A stretch of 64,000 nucleotides of DNA from Camelus ferus (lineage: Eukaryota): positions 86,058,001 through 86,122,000 of the forward strand of contig NC_045697.1 of assembly GCF_009834535.1 (NCBI RefSeq), in the 5' to 3' direction. This document shows positions 25,560-37,627 of the stretch, piece by piece (position 1 is the first letter of the stretch; the number at the start of each line of letters is the position of its first letter). A program made the position numbers and the translations under genes. Below the pieces are notes generated by a model. That model worked only from the letters and a program-made list of their open reading frames with translations. It was not told the origin of the DNA and ran no database searches.

Positions 25560-26800
25560 CTCATTTATTCAGGATTTACTAAGTACTTGCCAAGTTTCAG
25601 GCTCAGGTACTAAGGATAAAAAAATGGTAAAACATTCTCCCGGTGGAGCTGAGTGAGAGACACAGCCATGCAAACAGACCACTTTAAATGCAGGCTATGA
25701 ATGCCCTAGCAGCACAGTCTGGGTTTTCAGCAAAGACTTCTTCCCTTCTCTGAGCTGAACTGTGAAGAATGGATAGGAGTTGGCCAGACAGACAATGTAG
25801 GGGAAAGTATTTCAGGCAGAGAAAATCCTACTGCAAATACCTGCAGGTAAGAGAGAATTCAGAGAGAATCTGAATAACTGAAAATAATTCAGTAAAGTTG
25901 AAGATTGGGTAAAGACAGAAGTGTTCACAGATGGGACTGAGGAAGTAAACAGGGATCATAATATAAAAGGCATTGTAAACCATGGTGCAGAGTTTGGAAT
26001 TTATCTTACAAGCAATGGAAGTCAAGGAAGGGCAATGTGTGAAACAGTGTGGTTAGATTTATGTTATAGAAGCATTACATATAACGTGGAAAATGATCTG
26101 GAAGGCAAGACTGGGAGGCTGAGTTAGCAGCTGATACAATAATTGAGGCAAAAGATGACAGTGACCTCAATTACGGTCATGACGATAGGGTCAGAGAAGA
26201 CAAATGAGTAGGTGGTTAGCAGGTGGTCTCAGCTGGACTTCGTGATTTATGAGAAGAAGTGAGTGTGATGATAAAGGAGCCAAGAATGACACCCTGGTTT
26301 ACTGGCTACTGGGATGCTACCATTCGCTAGAGGGAATCTAAGGAAGAACAAGCTTAGGAGGAAAGATAATGAGTTCAGTTGTGGATACAATGAATTTCAA
26401 ATGTCCATAGAATATCCAGAGACATGCAGAGTCCAAAAGAGAGCAATCCTGGTACAATACATTTGGCAGTAATCAGCAGGTAGCTGGTAATTGAAACCAT
26501 ATAAGTGGAAAGCCAGGGAGAGTATATAAAGGGAGGTACTTTCTGGGACAGAATCCCATAAAACACTGACACTTAATAGATGAACTGAGGAAGAGGAATC
26601 CCCAAAAGGGATTGAAAAGTCATGGCCAAACAGGTTGAACAATCAGGAGAATTATAAGTCACTAAAATCAAGAGAAAAAAGTATTTCAAGAAGGTTCACC
26701 AAAGTCATAGGAAACAAGACAAGAAGACAAATGATATCAAGTGGTACAGAAAAGCCAAGTAAGAAGCTTTGATTTTGATTAGTTTTAATAGCAAGGAGGT
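25560..26800 (-). mobile_element. L2 LINE fragment
   Basis: tcatttattca start and purine-rich degenerate L2-like text (gagttcagttgtggatac...tttggcagtaatcagc). Confidence 0.6.
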
Positions 26801-27292
26801 GTAAGTCAATCTAAGTTTCATAAACACAACAGAGACACTTACCTGCATATACACATACTTTTTTGTTGTTGTTGTTGCTGCAAGTGGCATTGTTTTATTC
26901 TTTTTTATGGCTGAGTAGTATTCCATTATCTATATATACCACAACTTCTTTATCCAGTCATCTTTCTTTTTTTTTTTTAACATTTTTTATTGATTTATAA
27001 TCATTTTACAACGTTGTGTCAAATTCCAGTGTTCAGCACAATTTTTCAGTTATTCATGGACATATACACACTCATTGTCACATTTTTTTCTCTGTGAGTT
27101 ATCATAACATTTTGTGTATATTTCCCTGTGCTACACAGTGTAGTCTATTCTACAATTTTGAAATCCCAGTCTATCCCTTCCCACCCTCCACCCCCCTGGT
27201 AACCACAAGTCTGTATTCTCTGTCTGTGAGTCTATTTCTGTCCTTTATTTACGCTTTGTTTTTGTTTGTTTGTTTGTTTTTGTTTTTGTTTT

Positions 27293-30200
27293 TTAGATTC
27301 CACATATGAGCGATCTCATATGGTATTTTTCTTTCTCTTTCTGGCTTACTTCACTTAGAATGACATTCTCCAGGAGCATCCATGTTGCTGCAAATGGCAT
27401 TATGTTGTCGGTTTTTATGGCTGAGTAGTATTCCATTGTATAAATATACCACCTCTTCTTTATCCAGTCACCTGTTGATGGACATTTAGGCTGTTTCCAT
27501 GTCTTGGCTATTGTAAATAGTGCTGCTATGAACATTGGGGTGCAGGTGTCATCCTGAAGTAGATTTCCTTCTGGATACAAGCCCAGGAGTGGGATTCCTG
27601 GGTCATATGGTAAGTCTATTCCTAGTCTTTTGAGGAATCTCCACACTGTTTTCCATAGTGGCTGCACCAAACTGCATTCCCACCAGCAGTGTAGGAGGGT
27701 TCCCCTTTCTCCACAGCCTCTCCAGCATTTGTCATTTGTGGATTTTCGAATGATGGACATTCTGACTGGTGTGAGGTGATACCTCATTGTAGTTTTGATT
27801 TGCATTTCTCTGATAATTAGTAATATTGAGCATTTTTTCATGTGCTTTTTGATCATTTGTATGTCTTTCTTGGAGAATTGCTTGTTTAGGTCTTCTGCCC
27901 ATTTTTGGATTGGGTTGTTTATTTTTTTCTTATTGAGTCGTATGAGCTGCTTATATATTCTGGAGATCAAGCCTTTGTCGGTTTCACCTGCAAAAATTTT
28001 CTCCCATTCCGTAGATTTTCTTCTTGTTTTATTTCTGGTTTCCTTTGCTGTGCAGAAGCTTGTAAGTTTTATTAGGTCCCATTTGTTTATTCTTGCTTTT
28101 ATTTCTTCTAGGAGAAAATTTTTTAAATGTATGTCAGATAATGTTTTGCCTATGTTTTCCTCTAGGAGGTTTATTGTATCTTGTCTTATGTTTAAGTCTT
28201 TAATCCATTTTGAGTTGATTTTTGTATATGGTGTAAGGGAGTGTTCTAGCTTCATTGTTTTACATGCTGCTGTCCAGTTTTCCCAACACCATTTGCTGAA
28301 GAGACTGTCTTTATTCCAATGTATATTCTTGCCTCCTTTGTCAAAGAGGAGTTGACCAAAAGTTTGTGGGTTCATTTCTGGGCTATCTATTCTGTTCCAT
28401 TGGTCTATATGTCTGTTTTGGTACCAATACCATGCTGTCTTGATGACTGTAACTCTATAGTATTGTCTGAAGTCTAGGAGAGTTATTCCTCCAGCCTCTT
28501 TCTTTCTCTTCAGTAATGCTTTGACAATTCTAGGTCTTTGATGGTTCCATATGAATTTTATTATGATTTTTTCTAGTTCTGTGAAATATGTCCTGGGTAA
28601 TTGGATAGGGATTGCATTAAATCTGTAGATTGCCTTGGGCAGTGTTACCATTTTAACAATATTGATTCTTCCAATCCAAGAGCATGGAATATCTTTCCAT
28701 TTTTTAAAGTCTTCTTTAATTTCCTTCATCAATGGTTAATAGTTTTCTGTGTATAATTCTTTCACCTCCTTGGTTAGATTTATTCCCAGATATTTTATTA
28801 CTTTGGGTGCTATTTTAAAGGGGATTGTTTCTTTACTTTCTTCTTCTGTTGATTTATCGTTAGTGTAAAGAAATGCAACTGATTTTTGAACGTTAATTTT
28901 GTAACCTGCTACCTTGCTGAATTCTTCAATCAGCTCTAGTAGCTTTTGTGTGGACCTTTTAGGGTTTTCTATATATATAGTAACATGTCATCAGCATATA
29001 ATGACACTTTTACCTCTTCTTTTCCAATTTGGATCCCTTTTATTTCTTTCTCTTGCCTGACTGCTGTGGCTAGGACTTCCAGGACTATGTTGAATAGAAG
29101 TGGTGATAGTGGGCATCCTTGTCTTGTCCCAGATTTTAGTGGGAAGCTTTTGAGTTTTTCACCGTTGAGTACTATGCTGGCTGTAGGTTTGTCATATATA
29201 GCTTTTATTATGTTGAGATATGTTCCCTCTATACCCACTTTGGCGAGAGTTTTTATCATAAATGGGTGTTGAATTTTATCAAATGCTTTTTCTGCATCGA
29301 TTGAGATGATCATGTGGTTTTTGTCCTTTCTCTTGTTGATGTGATGTATTACACTGATTGATTTGCGTATGTTGAACCAGCCTTGTGTCCCTGGGATGAA
29401 CCCCACTTGGTCATGATGTATAATCTTTTTTATGTGTTGTTGGATTCTATTTGCTAAAATTTTGGTGAGGATTTTGGCGTCTATGTTCATCAGTGATATT
29501 GGCCTATAATTCTCTTTTTTTGTAGTGTCTTTGCCTGGTTTTGGTATCAGGGTGATGGTGGCTTCATAGAATGAGTTTGGGAGTATTCCCTCCTTTTCAA
29601 TCATCTGGAAGAGTTTGAGAAGGACTGGTATGAGTTCTTCTTTGTATGTTTGGTAGAATTCCCCGGTGAAGCCGTCCGGTCCTGGACTTTTATTTGTAGG
29701 GAGGTTTTTAATTGCTATTTCTATTTCCTTTCTAGTGATCGGATTGTTCAAGTGTTCAGATTCTTCTTGATTCAGTTTTGGTGGACAGTATGTTTCCAGA
29801 AACTTGTCCATCTCCTCTAGGTTATCCAGTTTGGTTCCATATAGTTTTTCATAATATTCTCGCATGATATTCTGAATTTCTATTTTGTTTGTTGTAATTT
29901 CTCCATTTTCCTTTCTTATTTTGCTAATTTGTGCTCTCCCTTTTTTCTTCTTTGTGAGTTTGGCCAGAGGGTTGTCGATTTTATTTACTTTTTCAAAAAA
30001 CCAGCTTTTGGTTTGGTTGATTTTTTCTATGGTCTTGTTAATCTCTATTGTATTTAATTCCTCTCTGATCTTTATTATTTCCTTCCTTCTGCTTCTGCTG
30101 CTTTTTGGGGCTTTTTGTTCTTCTTTTTCTAATTCATTCAGGTGGTCGGTTAAATTGTTTATTTGAGATTGTTCTTCTTTTTTGAGGAAGGCCTGTATTG

Positions 30201-31098
30201 CTATAAACTTCCCTCTTAGCACTGCCTTTGCTGTGTCCCATAGGTTTTGAGTGGTTGTGCTTTCATTATCATTTGTCTCAAGGTATTTTTTAATTTCAGC
30301 TTTGATTTCCTCATTGATCCATTGTTTTTTCAATAACATATTGTTTAATCTCCATGCTTTCCTTTTTTTCTCCTTTGTTTCTCTGTTGTTGATTTCCAGT
30401 TTCATGGCATTGTGGTCAGTAAAGACGCTTGAGATAATTTCTATCTTCTTAAAATTGTTGAGGTTTCTTTTGTGCCCAAGTACATGATCGATCCTGGAAA
30501 ATGTTCCATGTGCACTTGAAAAGAATGTATATCCTATTTTTGGGGGGTGTAATGCTCTGAAAATATCCACCAAATCTAGTTTTTCTATTGTAGTATTTAA
30601 TTTCTCTGTTGCCTTGTTTATTTTCTGTCTGGAAGATCTGTCTAGTGATGTTAATGCAGTGTTAAAATCTCCAACTATGATTGTATTCCCATCAATATCC
30701 CCCTTTATCTCTGTTAGTAATTCTTGTATGTACTTAGGTGCTCTTATATTGGGTGCATATATATTAACGAGTGTAATATCCTCATCTTGTATCACTCCTT
30801 TAATCATTATAAAATGTCCTTCTTTATCTTTCTTTATGGCCTTTGTTTTAAAGTCTATTTTGTCTGAAATCAGTACTGCAACACCTGCTTTTTTGGCTTT
30901 TCCATTTGCATGGAATATCCTTTTCCATCCTTTCACTCTCAGTCTATATGTGTCCTTCTCCCTAAAGTGGGTCCCTTGTATGCAGCATATTGAAGGTTCT
31001 TGCTTTATTATCCAGTCTGCCACTCTATGTCTTTTGACTGGAGCATTTAGTCCATTAATTTTTACAGTAATTAATGATAGATGTGTGTTTACTGCCAT
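27293..31098 (-). pseudogene. L1 ORF2p (endonuclease/reverse transcriptase), disrupted
   Basis: APE endonuclease motifs (NIYAPN, GDFNT, SRIDH, TDHN), RT motifs ([14 protein letters not shown]) and C-terminal CWRGC..HCWWEC. +2 frameshift at about 28970-28979 and in-frame TAA at 28736-28738. Confidence 0.93.
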
Positions 31099-31502
31099 TT
31101 TGAACTTATCTTTGCAGTTGAATTGGTATATCCTCTTTGTTGCTTTCTTCTTCCTTTTGTGGTTTGGTAATTTTCCTTTGTATTATCATGGATTTTATTT
31201 AATTTTTGTGACTCCTTTGTAAATTTTTGGCTTGTGGTTACCCTTTTTTGTAAATCTGTCAACCCATTACTATAACTGTTTCTATTAAACTGATAGTAAC
31301 ATGATCTCAAACCCATCCTACTGTTAAAAAAATTTAAAAAAGAAAGAAAAAAATATTCTATATTTCCCTGCCTCCCTCTCCCACTCTCAGTGATTTGTAT
31401 GTCTTCTTTTATAATTTCATGTTTACTTTATTTGTAGTTCATGATTTATCACCTTTCCAGTTGTGTGTTTCTCATTTCTGTAGCATCCTGCTGCTTTTCT
31501 AT

Positions 31503-32344
31503 TTAGAATAGCCCTTTCAATATTTCTTTTAGCATGGGTTTAGTGTTGCTAAACTCCTGCAGCTTTTTTTTGTCTGTGAAACTCTTTATTTCTCCTTCTA
31601 TCCTCAAGGATAGCCTTGCTGGATAAAGGATCCTAGGCTGCATCTTTTTTTCATTCAGGGATTTGAATATATCTTGCCACTCCCTTCTGGCCTGTAGTGT
31701 TTGTGTAGAGAAATCAGCTGAGAGCCTTATGGGGGTTCCCTTGTAACTTACTCTTTGCTTTTCTCTTGCTGCCTTTAGAATCATTTCTTTATCCTTGACT
31801 CTGGCCATCTTGATTATGATATGCCTTGGTGTGGGTCTATTTGGGTTCTTCCTGTTTGGGACCCTCTGAGCTTCCTGTACTTGGATATCTGATTCCTTCT
31901 TTAAGTTTGGGAAGTTTTCAGTCATGATTTCTTCAAAAACCTTTTCAATCCCCTTTGATCTTTCTTCTCCTTCTGGGACCCCTATTATGCGAAGATTGGG
32001 ACACTTTATATTATCCCATAGGTCCCTTATGCTATTTTCATTATTTTTTATTTGCTTCTCTTGTAGTTCTTCTGAATGGGTGCTTTCTATTGTCCTGTCT
32101 TCTAGATCACTAATTCGTTCCTCTGCATTATCTAGTCGGCTTTGCACAGCTATTAGATCATTCCTCATCTCTGTCAATGAGTTTACCCATTCTACTTGGC
32201 TCTTCTTTATAGCTTCAATTTCATTTTTGACATATTTTATATCTCTAAACACTATCTCTTTTAATTCCTTCAGCAATTCGATCACTCCTTTTTTGAAATC
32301 TTGATCTAGTAGGCTATCGATGTCTATTTCATTAATCTTTCGTT
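31503..32344 (-). pseudogene. L1 ORF1p, N-terminally truncated but otherwise open
   Basis: 260-aa ORF with RDLWDNIK..NLRIIGVPE, PTPRHIIIK, ARREW and YPARLS motifs. The frame runs to the 5' truncation point. Confidence 0.9.
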
Positions 32345-33839
32345 CATATACACATACTTGACAGGCTTTAAATCCTCAAATAATAGGTTATGTTCCCCTA
32401 GGATCCACCAAGTCTGCTCTATCTTGTTTTCTTTCTCTTACCACCCTATCCTTTGTAGCTGCACTGGAACTCACCTGCAGCCCTCATCCAAACAGTAAAA
32501 GAGTAAAGAGCAGGGGGTGGGGTGCAACTTAAAGTTCAGTGACCAAAGCTTAATCCATTTCAGTGGTACCCTGATTCTAGCTGTTGTATGGAAACTCCCC
32601 AATGGAAACCACTCACTATCATTTTAAATGCAAATCGTAGAAATGAAATGATGACTTCATCAACTGAAGTTATGAATTTTAATGCTCATCTTGTAACAAC
32701 TCAGTTGACCTTTGGAAAATTTAAGAAGGGAGGTCATGGACTATACATTTTAATATTTCAGAACTTTACTACTGGCTTTTGCTTTAGGCAATACTATTTA
32801 TAGGCAGAAAACAAAAGTATGCATAGCTTAATTTCCTTGCTATATTTAGATGATCAGAAATTATTAAGGAAAACATGCATTTGGAAAGCTTTGCTGCAAA
32901 GAAAATGACCTATTTTCAAAGCCCAAGTATAACTCAGAAATTCACATGTATAAAAAGTTTTAATTTGTCAAGGGGTTCAATGTATAAAAATTCTACATTT
33001 TCTTTTTTTTACTCCTTTAAAACATATGGTTTAGTTAAAAGAAATAGGATTTATTTAGATAGCAGAAGAATGTCAGATTATATGACTCATATCCTACCTA
33101 AATTTTTCTGTTCCTGTTGGAAAATTTCCTCTAACAGATGAGTAATCTTATTTTATGCTGGATCAGCCCCACAATTTGATATAGTTATGGGTTTGAAATA
33201 GGAGTGCTAGTTGTATGATTCAAATGCTCTTTGAGTACAATATAGTTATCCCATTCCTTTAATAAAAAATTGAAATTACATAGAAGATCTCTAACAGTCT
33301 TTATCACTAATGAAGTATACCAGTGATGTAAATCAGATTTTCATCCTGAATAGAGTTAGAAGTTCCCCAAATTCAAAAAAAAAAAAAAAACCCCAGGAAA
33401 AAGGTAAATATGTAAATAATAAGCTTGACACTGATTGCAAGCAAAATCTAAAATAGATTCTCAAACAGATGGTCTGTGAGCTTTTAGAAATGTAAGATGT
33501 GACCATCAGAAGCCAGCATGGTCACAGTACAAAAAATTTTGCTGGGTAATCCAATGTCCTATCAAAACAGAGTTATTGGACTAATGGGTTTGCAAAGCTG
33601 ATATAATATACACAAGGGGACCTAAAAAGGTAAAACTAATTGAATTTTTTTTTAAGTTACAGAAAAATAAAACTAATCAAACTATTCAGTCTTAATCCAG
33701 TATGCAGGTATTCTATTTACTATGATATAATTAGTATGACTTTCAAATATTTTTTGAGCACTTTGTGTCTTGCACTGTGCTAAGTGCTTATACATCACCT
33801 CTTAATACAGTTCTACCTATGAGGTAGAAACTATTAGTT

Positions 33840-34065
33840 ATCAGGGAGGAAAGGAGGTGGGGAGGGATAAATTGGGAGTTTGAAGTTTTCAGATACCATT
33901 ATATGTAAAATAGGTTACAAGATCCTACTGAACAGCACAGGGAACTATATTAAATACCTTGTAATAGTCTATAATGAAAAGGAATATGAAAAGGAATATA
34001 TGTATGTATAAATGAATCACTATGCTGTACACCAGAAATTGACACAACTGTATTTCAATAAAATA
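33840..34065 (+). mobile_element. L1 3' end fragment
   Basis: gggataaattgggagtttg...gcacagggaactatatt...ctgtacaccagaaattgacacaac...caataaaa. Confidence 0.7.
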
Positions 34066-34084
34066 CTTATTTCACACACACAAA

Positions 34085-34340
34085 AGGCAGTGGAGTGTAT
34101 GGCTTAAGCGCACAGACTTGCAGCCACTCAGCATCCATTCAAATCCTGACTCTGTCACTTAAATGGCTGAGAAACCTTGAGAAAATCACTTGATCTCTGC
34201 CTCGTGTTGATCATCTGTAAAACGGGGATGGTAATAGTAACTCCCTTGAGAAGAGGCTATGATGATGAAATGAATTAATGTACGCAACACCTTAGAAAAG
34301 TATCTGGCACATCATAAATGCTATATGAGTGTCAGCTGTT
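34085..34340 (+). mobile_element. MIR SINE
   Basis: ttcaaatcctgactctgtcactt...catctgtaaaacggggatggtaatagtaac. Confidence 0.65.
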
Positions 34341-36139
34341 AACAACTCCATTTTGGAGAAGACGACGCCTCCAACACACCAGTTTCCCAAGTCAGGATCT
34401 AAACTCAATGCTGATGCAAAAGCCCATGCCCTGAACCTCTATAAAAATTACACTTTTAAAAATGTGTGACATTCTTAGATCATTTCAAATAACCCTTGAC
34501 ATCCACCCACTTCTCAATATCTTTGTTTTAACAATGTACCTTATACCTAAGGTATTTGGGAAGCTATTTCTGGGCTCCTGTTCTGAAACTTCCTAGAAGC
34601 CAGAAAAGCTTCTTAGGAAATTGGGTTTGCAAATTTGAAGGCTACAACCTTCACATTTCAAAAGACATATTATTATACCTCTAGAGAGTGACATGTGTTG
34701 ACCTCATTTAATAAAGAGTAAATATTGTAATAGAGGAAACTTAGTTAAGAACCGCAGCTAAAGTTTATTATTGCTAAATATGGGCCAAGGCCTGTTCTAA
34801 GTGCTTTTCACATATTATTTATCCCCATGACTACTTTAAGAGGGTATTATCAGCCCCATTTTTTTTTCCAGAGAGGTTTACACTTGCCCAAGGTCACCCA
34901 GCTGTCAGGCTGAAGCACTGGGATTTAAAACAGATAGTTGGATCCTGGGCTCTTTATCGACTAAACTCCCTTTCATGGAACCACGTCCAGGTGTGCTGAG
35001 TACTTGCCGAAGAACCTCAGAGTCACCCTATTTGTTTCCAGTGAGCTTCCTCACAGCCTATTTGGTGATTTAGAATACTGAAGTCCGCTGACTTAATCAT
35101 TCATTGCCCACGTTTGCAGGTTTCCTCTAACGCCTCCCTGTCACAGAGGCCATCTTCCTGATGACGCTGTCTGCACAGTGACCTCCCAGCCACTCTCCTT
35201 CACCCACACCTAGTGTGGCTTTACTTTTCTTTCTCTCATTTGTCAGTGCCAGGCACTTTTCATTTGTGTGTTTGTTAATTACTTTAGTGTCCCCCTGTCT
35301 CTGTAAGATAAGATCCAAGGGGTTTTGTCTATTTCTATTTTGTTTACTACTTTATCCCAGTACTTAGAATAGAGCCTGGCACATAGTATGTTCACAAAAA
35401 ATATTTCTATAAATGACTGAATTCTTACATATTTTTACTATACAGTCTAATTTTATCAGTAATATCAGAAACAAAAATTAAATAAAAATGCCACGATTAG
35501 ATGTAATATATGATCTCTATTAATTTCAGTCTCTCCTTCCAGTCCCCATTTCTAAGCAGATACTATTTCTTTTTACATATATGTACTCATACCAGAGCTT
35601 CCATTATGCCTTTTCAGATAACGTTATCAGATCAGATAAGTCCAATGCTGAATGGATTTTTGTTTGTTGGTGACTTTCAACAAATTATACTTTCAGGCTC
35701 AGTTTTGTGTGTGTGCGTGTGTGTGTGTGAGTGTGTGTGTTTTAAGTAAAAGCAAAGTTGGTCAAGGATTTTCCATTTGCGTATAGAAGTCATTTTTTCT
35801 CTGCATTTTACATCGGCCAAGGTAGAAATTACAGTGCCAGTTCAGTAGCGCTTAACTAAAACAAGATACTTGAGATACAATCTATGCTTTCCTTTCAGGC
35901 CACCTCATAGAGATCATTAAAATATTTCCTGATCCCAAAAGAAAGCATACTTCAGTGATACAGATCTAACAGATCTAATATTTCTTCATAAAATATTTTA
36001 GCAGTATTTTGATGAACTCAGAGGTTGTAAAAAAAAAATGTCAAATGGAGACTTTCTTTGCACTCTTAACAAGATTGGCCAGTGAAATGTGAAATCCAGA
36101 TGTAGTGCTTACCTGAGAAGAGTCTGTGGTAGAAATTGC

Positions 36140-36642
36140 ATTAGCTAATGTTGCATCTTAGTAGCTTAAACAAATATTTATTATCTCACAGTTTCTGTGA
36201 GTCAGGAATACAGGCACAGCTCAGCTGGGTCTGCTTAAGGTTCTCTCCAAAGGCTGCAATCAAGATGTTGGCTAGGGCTAGGGTCTCATCTGAAAGCCTA
36301 ATTTGGGAAGCATCTGTTTCCAAGCTCATTTATGTGACTGTTGGCAGTATTCAATTCCACCTGTCATGTGGACTGTGGGTCTTGATATCCACAAGGCTGC
36401 TGGCTGGAAGAACCCTTGGCTTCTCACCACATGAGCCCCCCAACATAGAAACTTGCTTCATCAAAGCCAGTAAGGGGGAGAGTCTGATGAAGGATGCAAG
36501 CTGCGTTCCACCTAATTACAGAAGTGTCATCCCCACAATGTTGAGATTTTCTATTGGTCAAAGGCAAGTCACTGAAAGGTAAAGGATTACACAGGCCCTG
36601 AATGCAAGGGATCACTGGGGCCAACTGGAGTCTGCCTACCAC
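36140..36642 (-). mobile_element. MaLR (MLT1-type) solo LTR
   Basis: ttatctcacagtttctgtgagtcaggaat...ggctgcaatcaagatgttggc...ggagtctgcctaccac. Confidence 0.7.
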
Positions 36643-37349
36643 TGAAATACTATTTCAGAGTATCACATTTTTGTTAAAGAGATGAGACCATGTGATACCA
36701 CCTTCTGGCCTTGGCTGTCCACTGTGACCTCACTGGAGAACGAGTAACATCTGGTGTTTTCCCACTTCTGCTGAAGCTGCACTTCTGAAACAACCTAAGC
36801 CTTTCTTCCTAGGCAACTTTAGGAAGAGGAAAACAGGCTGAAAACAAGAAACACAGCAGAGACTTTTCCTCCTAAGCCATTCATTTGAATAAAGAGTTGG
36901 TCAATGATACAGGTGCAGCATCCCTGTACTTTGGGGCTAAAGGAGAGTGGTGAATGTTGTACAAATGACAAAGTCTGTGAGAGTGTCTCAATCAAGAACC
37001 AACATCACTTCTGCACGTACAGCTTCTCCTATTGCTTGTTAATAAAAGCTCGATACCAATCTCACTCTTGCCTGTATGCAAGCTTTGGGATTACAGTTGG
37101 ATCTCATCATGTCTCTTTGCATTAATGAGCCCTACTTCATGGTTGTACTTCTAATTGTGTGTAAAGTCTAAACATAAGAATTAAGTTTGGATAATCTAAT
37201 TATAGCAGCTTTCTCTTCTATATAAATGTCAGTGGCAAAGTAATCAAGTGAGGAAAGTTAAGATTTTCACAGAGAAAAGAAATAAATGGGCCCAGTGTTA
37301 ACGTGAAGCTCATACACTTGGCATAGAAATGGATTTCCATTTACAAGAA

Positions 37350-37580
37350 GTAGCTCAGTGCAGTGGTTATGAACACAGTCTCTTGAGACAGACTGCTTGG
37401 GTATGAATCCTGGTTCTGTGATTTGCTGGCTGTGTGACCCTGGACAAAGCACTCAATTTCACTGTGCCTTGGGTTTCTCCAACTGTAAAACAGAGATTAT
37501 ATTTTACCTACCTCACAGGGTAATTATTAGGATAAATACTTATAAGTGCTTCAATCAAGGCCTGGCACATAGATTCTTTA
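37350..37580 (+). mobile_element. MIR SINE
   Basis: gggtatgaatcctggttctg...gctgtgtgaccctggacaa...ctgtaaaac...cctggcacatag. Confidence 0.7.
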
Positions 37581-37627
37581 ATGTAAGAAACATGCATGTA
37601 ACACTATTTTAAGTTTTTACTTCATGT

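Larger units (their letters stand above)
26861..32344 (-). mobile_element. Young LINE-1, 5'-truncated within ORF1, with 3' transduction
   Basis: ORF1, spacer, ORF2, 3'UTR and poly(A) are all present. Perfect 15-bp TSD catatacacatactt at 26846-26860 and 32345-32359. Confidence 0.95.

Noticed and set aside
27795..32304. Hydrophobic plus-strand ORFs (186, 108, 202 and 126 aa), plus minus-strand 20509..20994
   Set aside because: These are antisense shadows of the A-rich L1 ORF1 and ORF2 and show no independent coding evidence.
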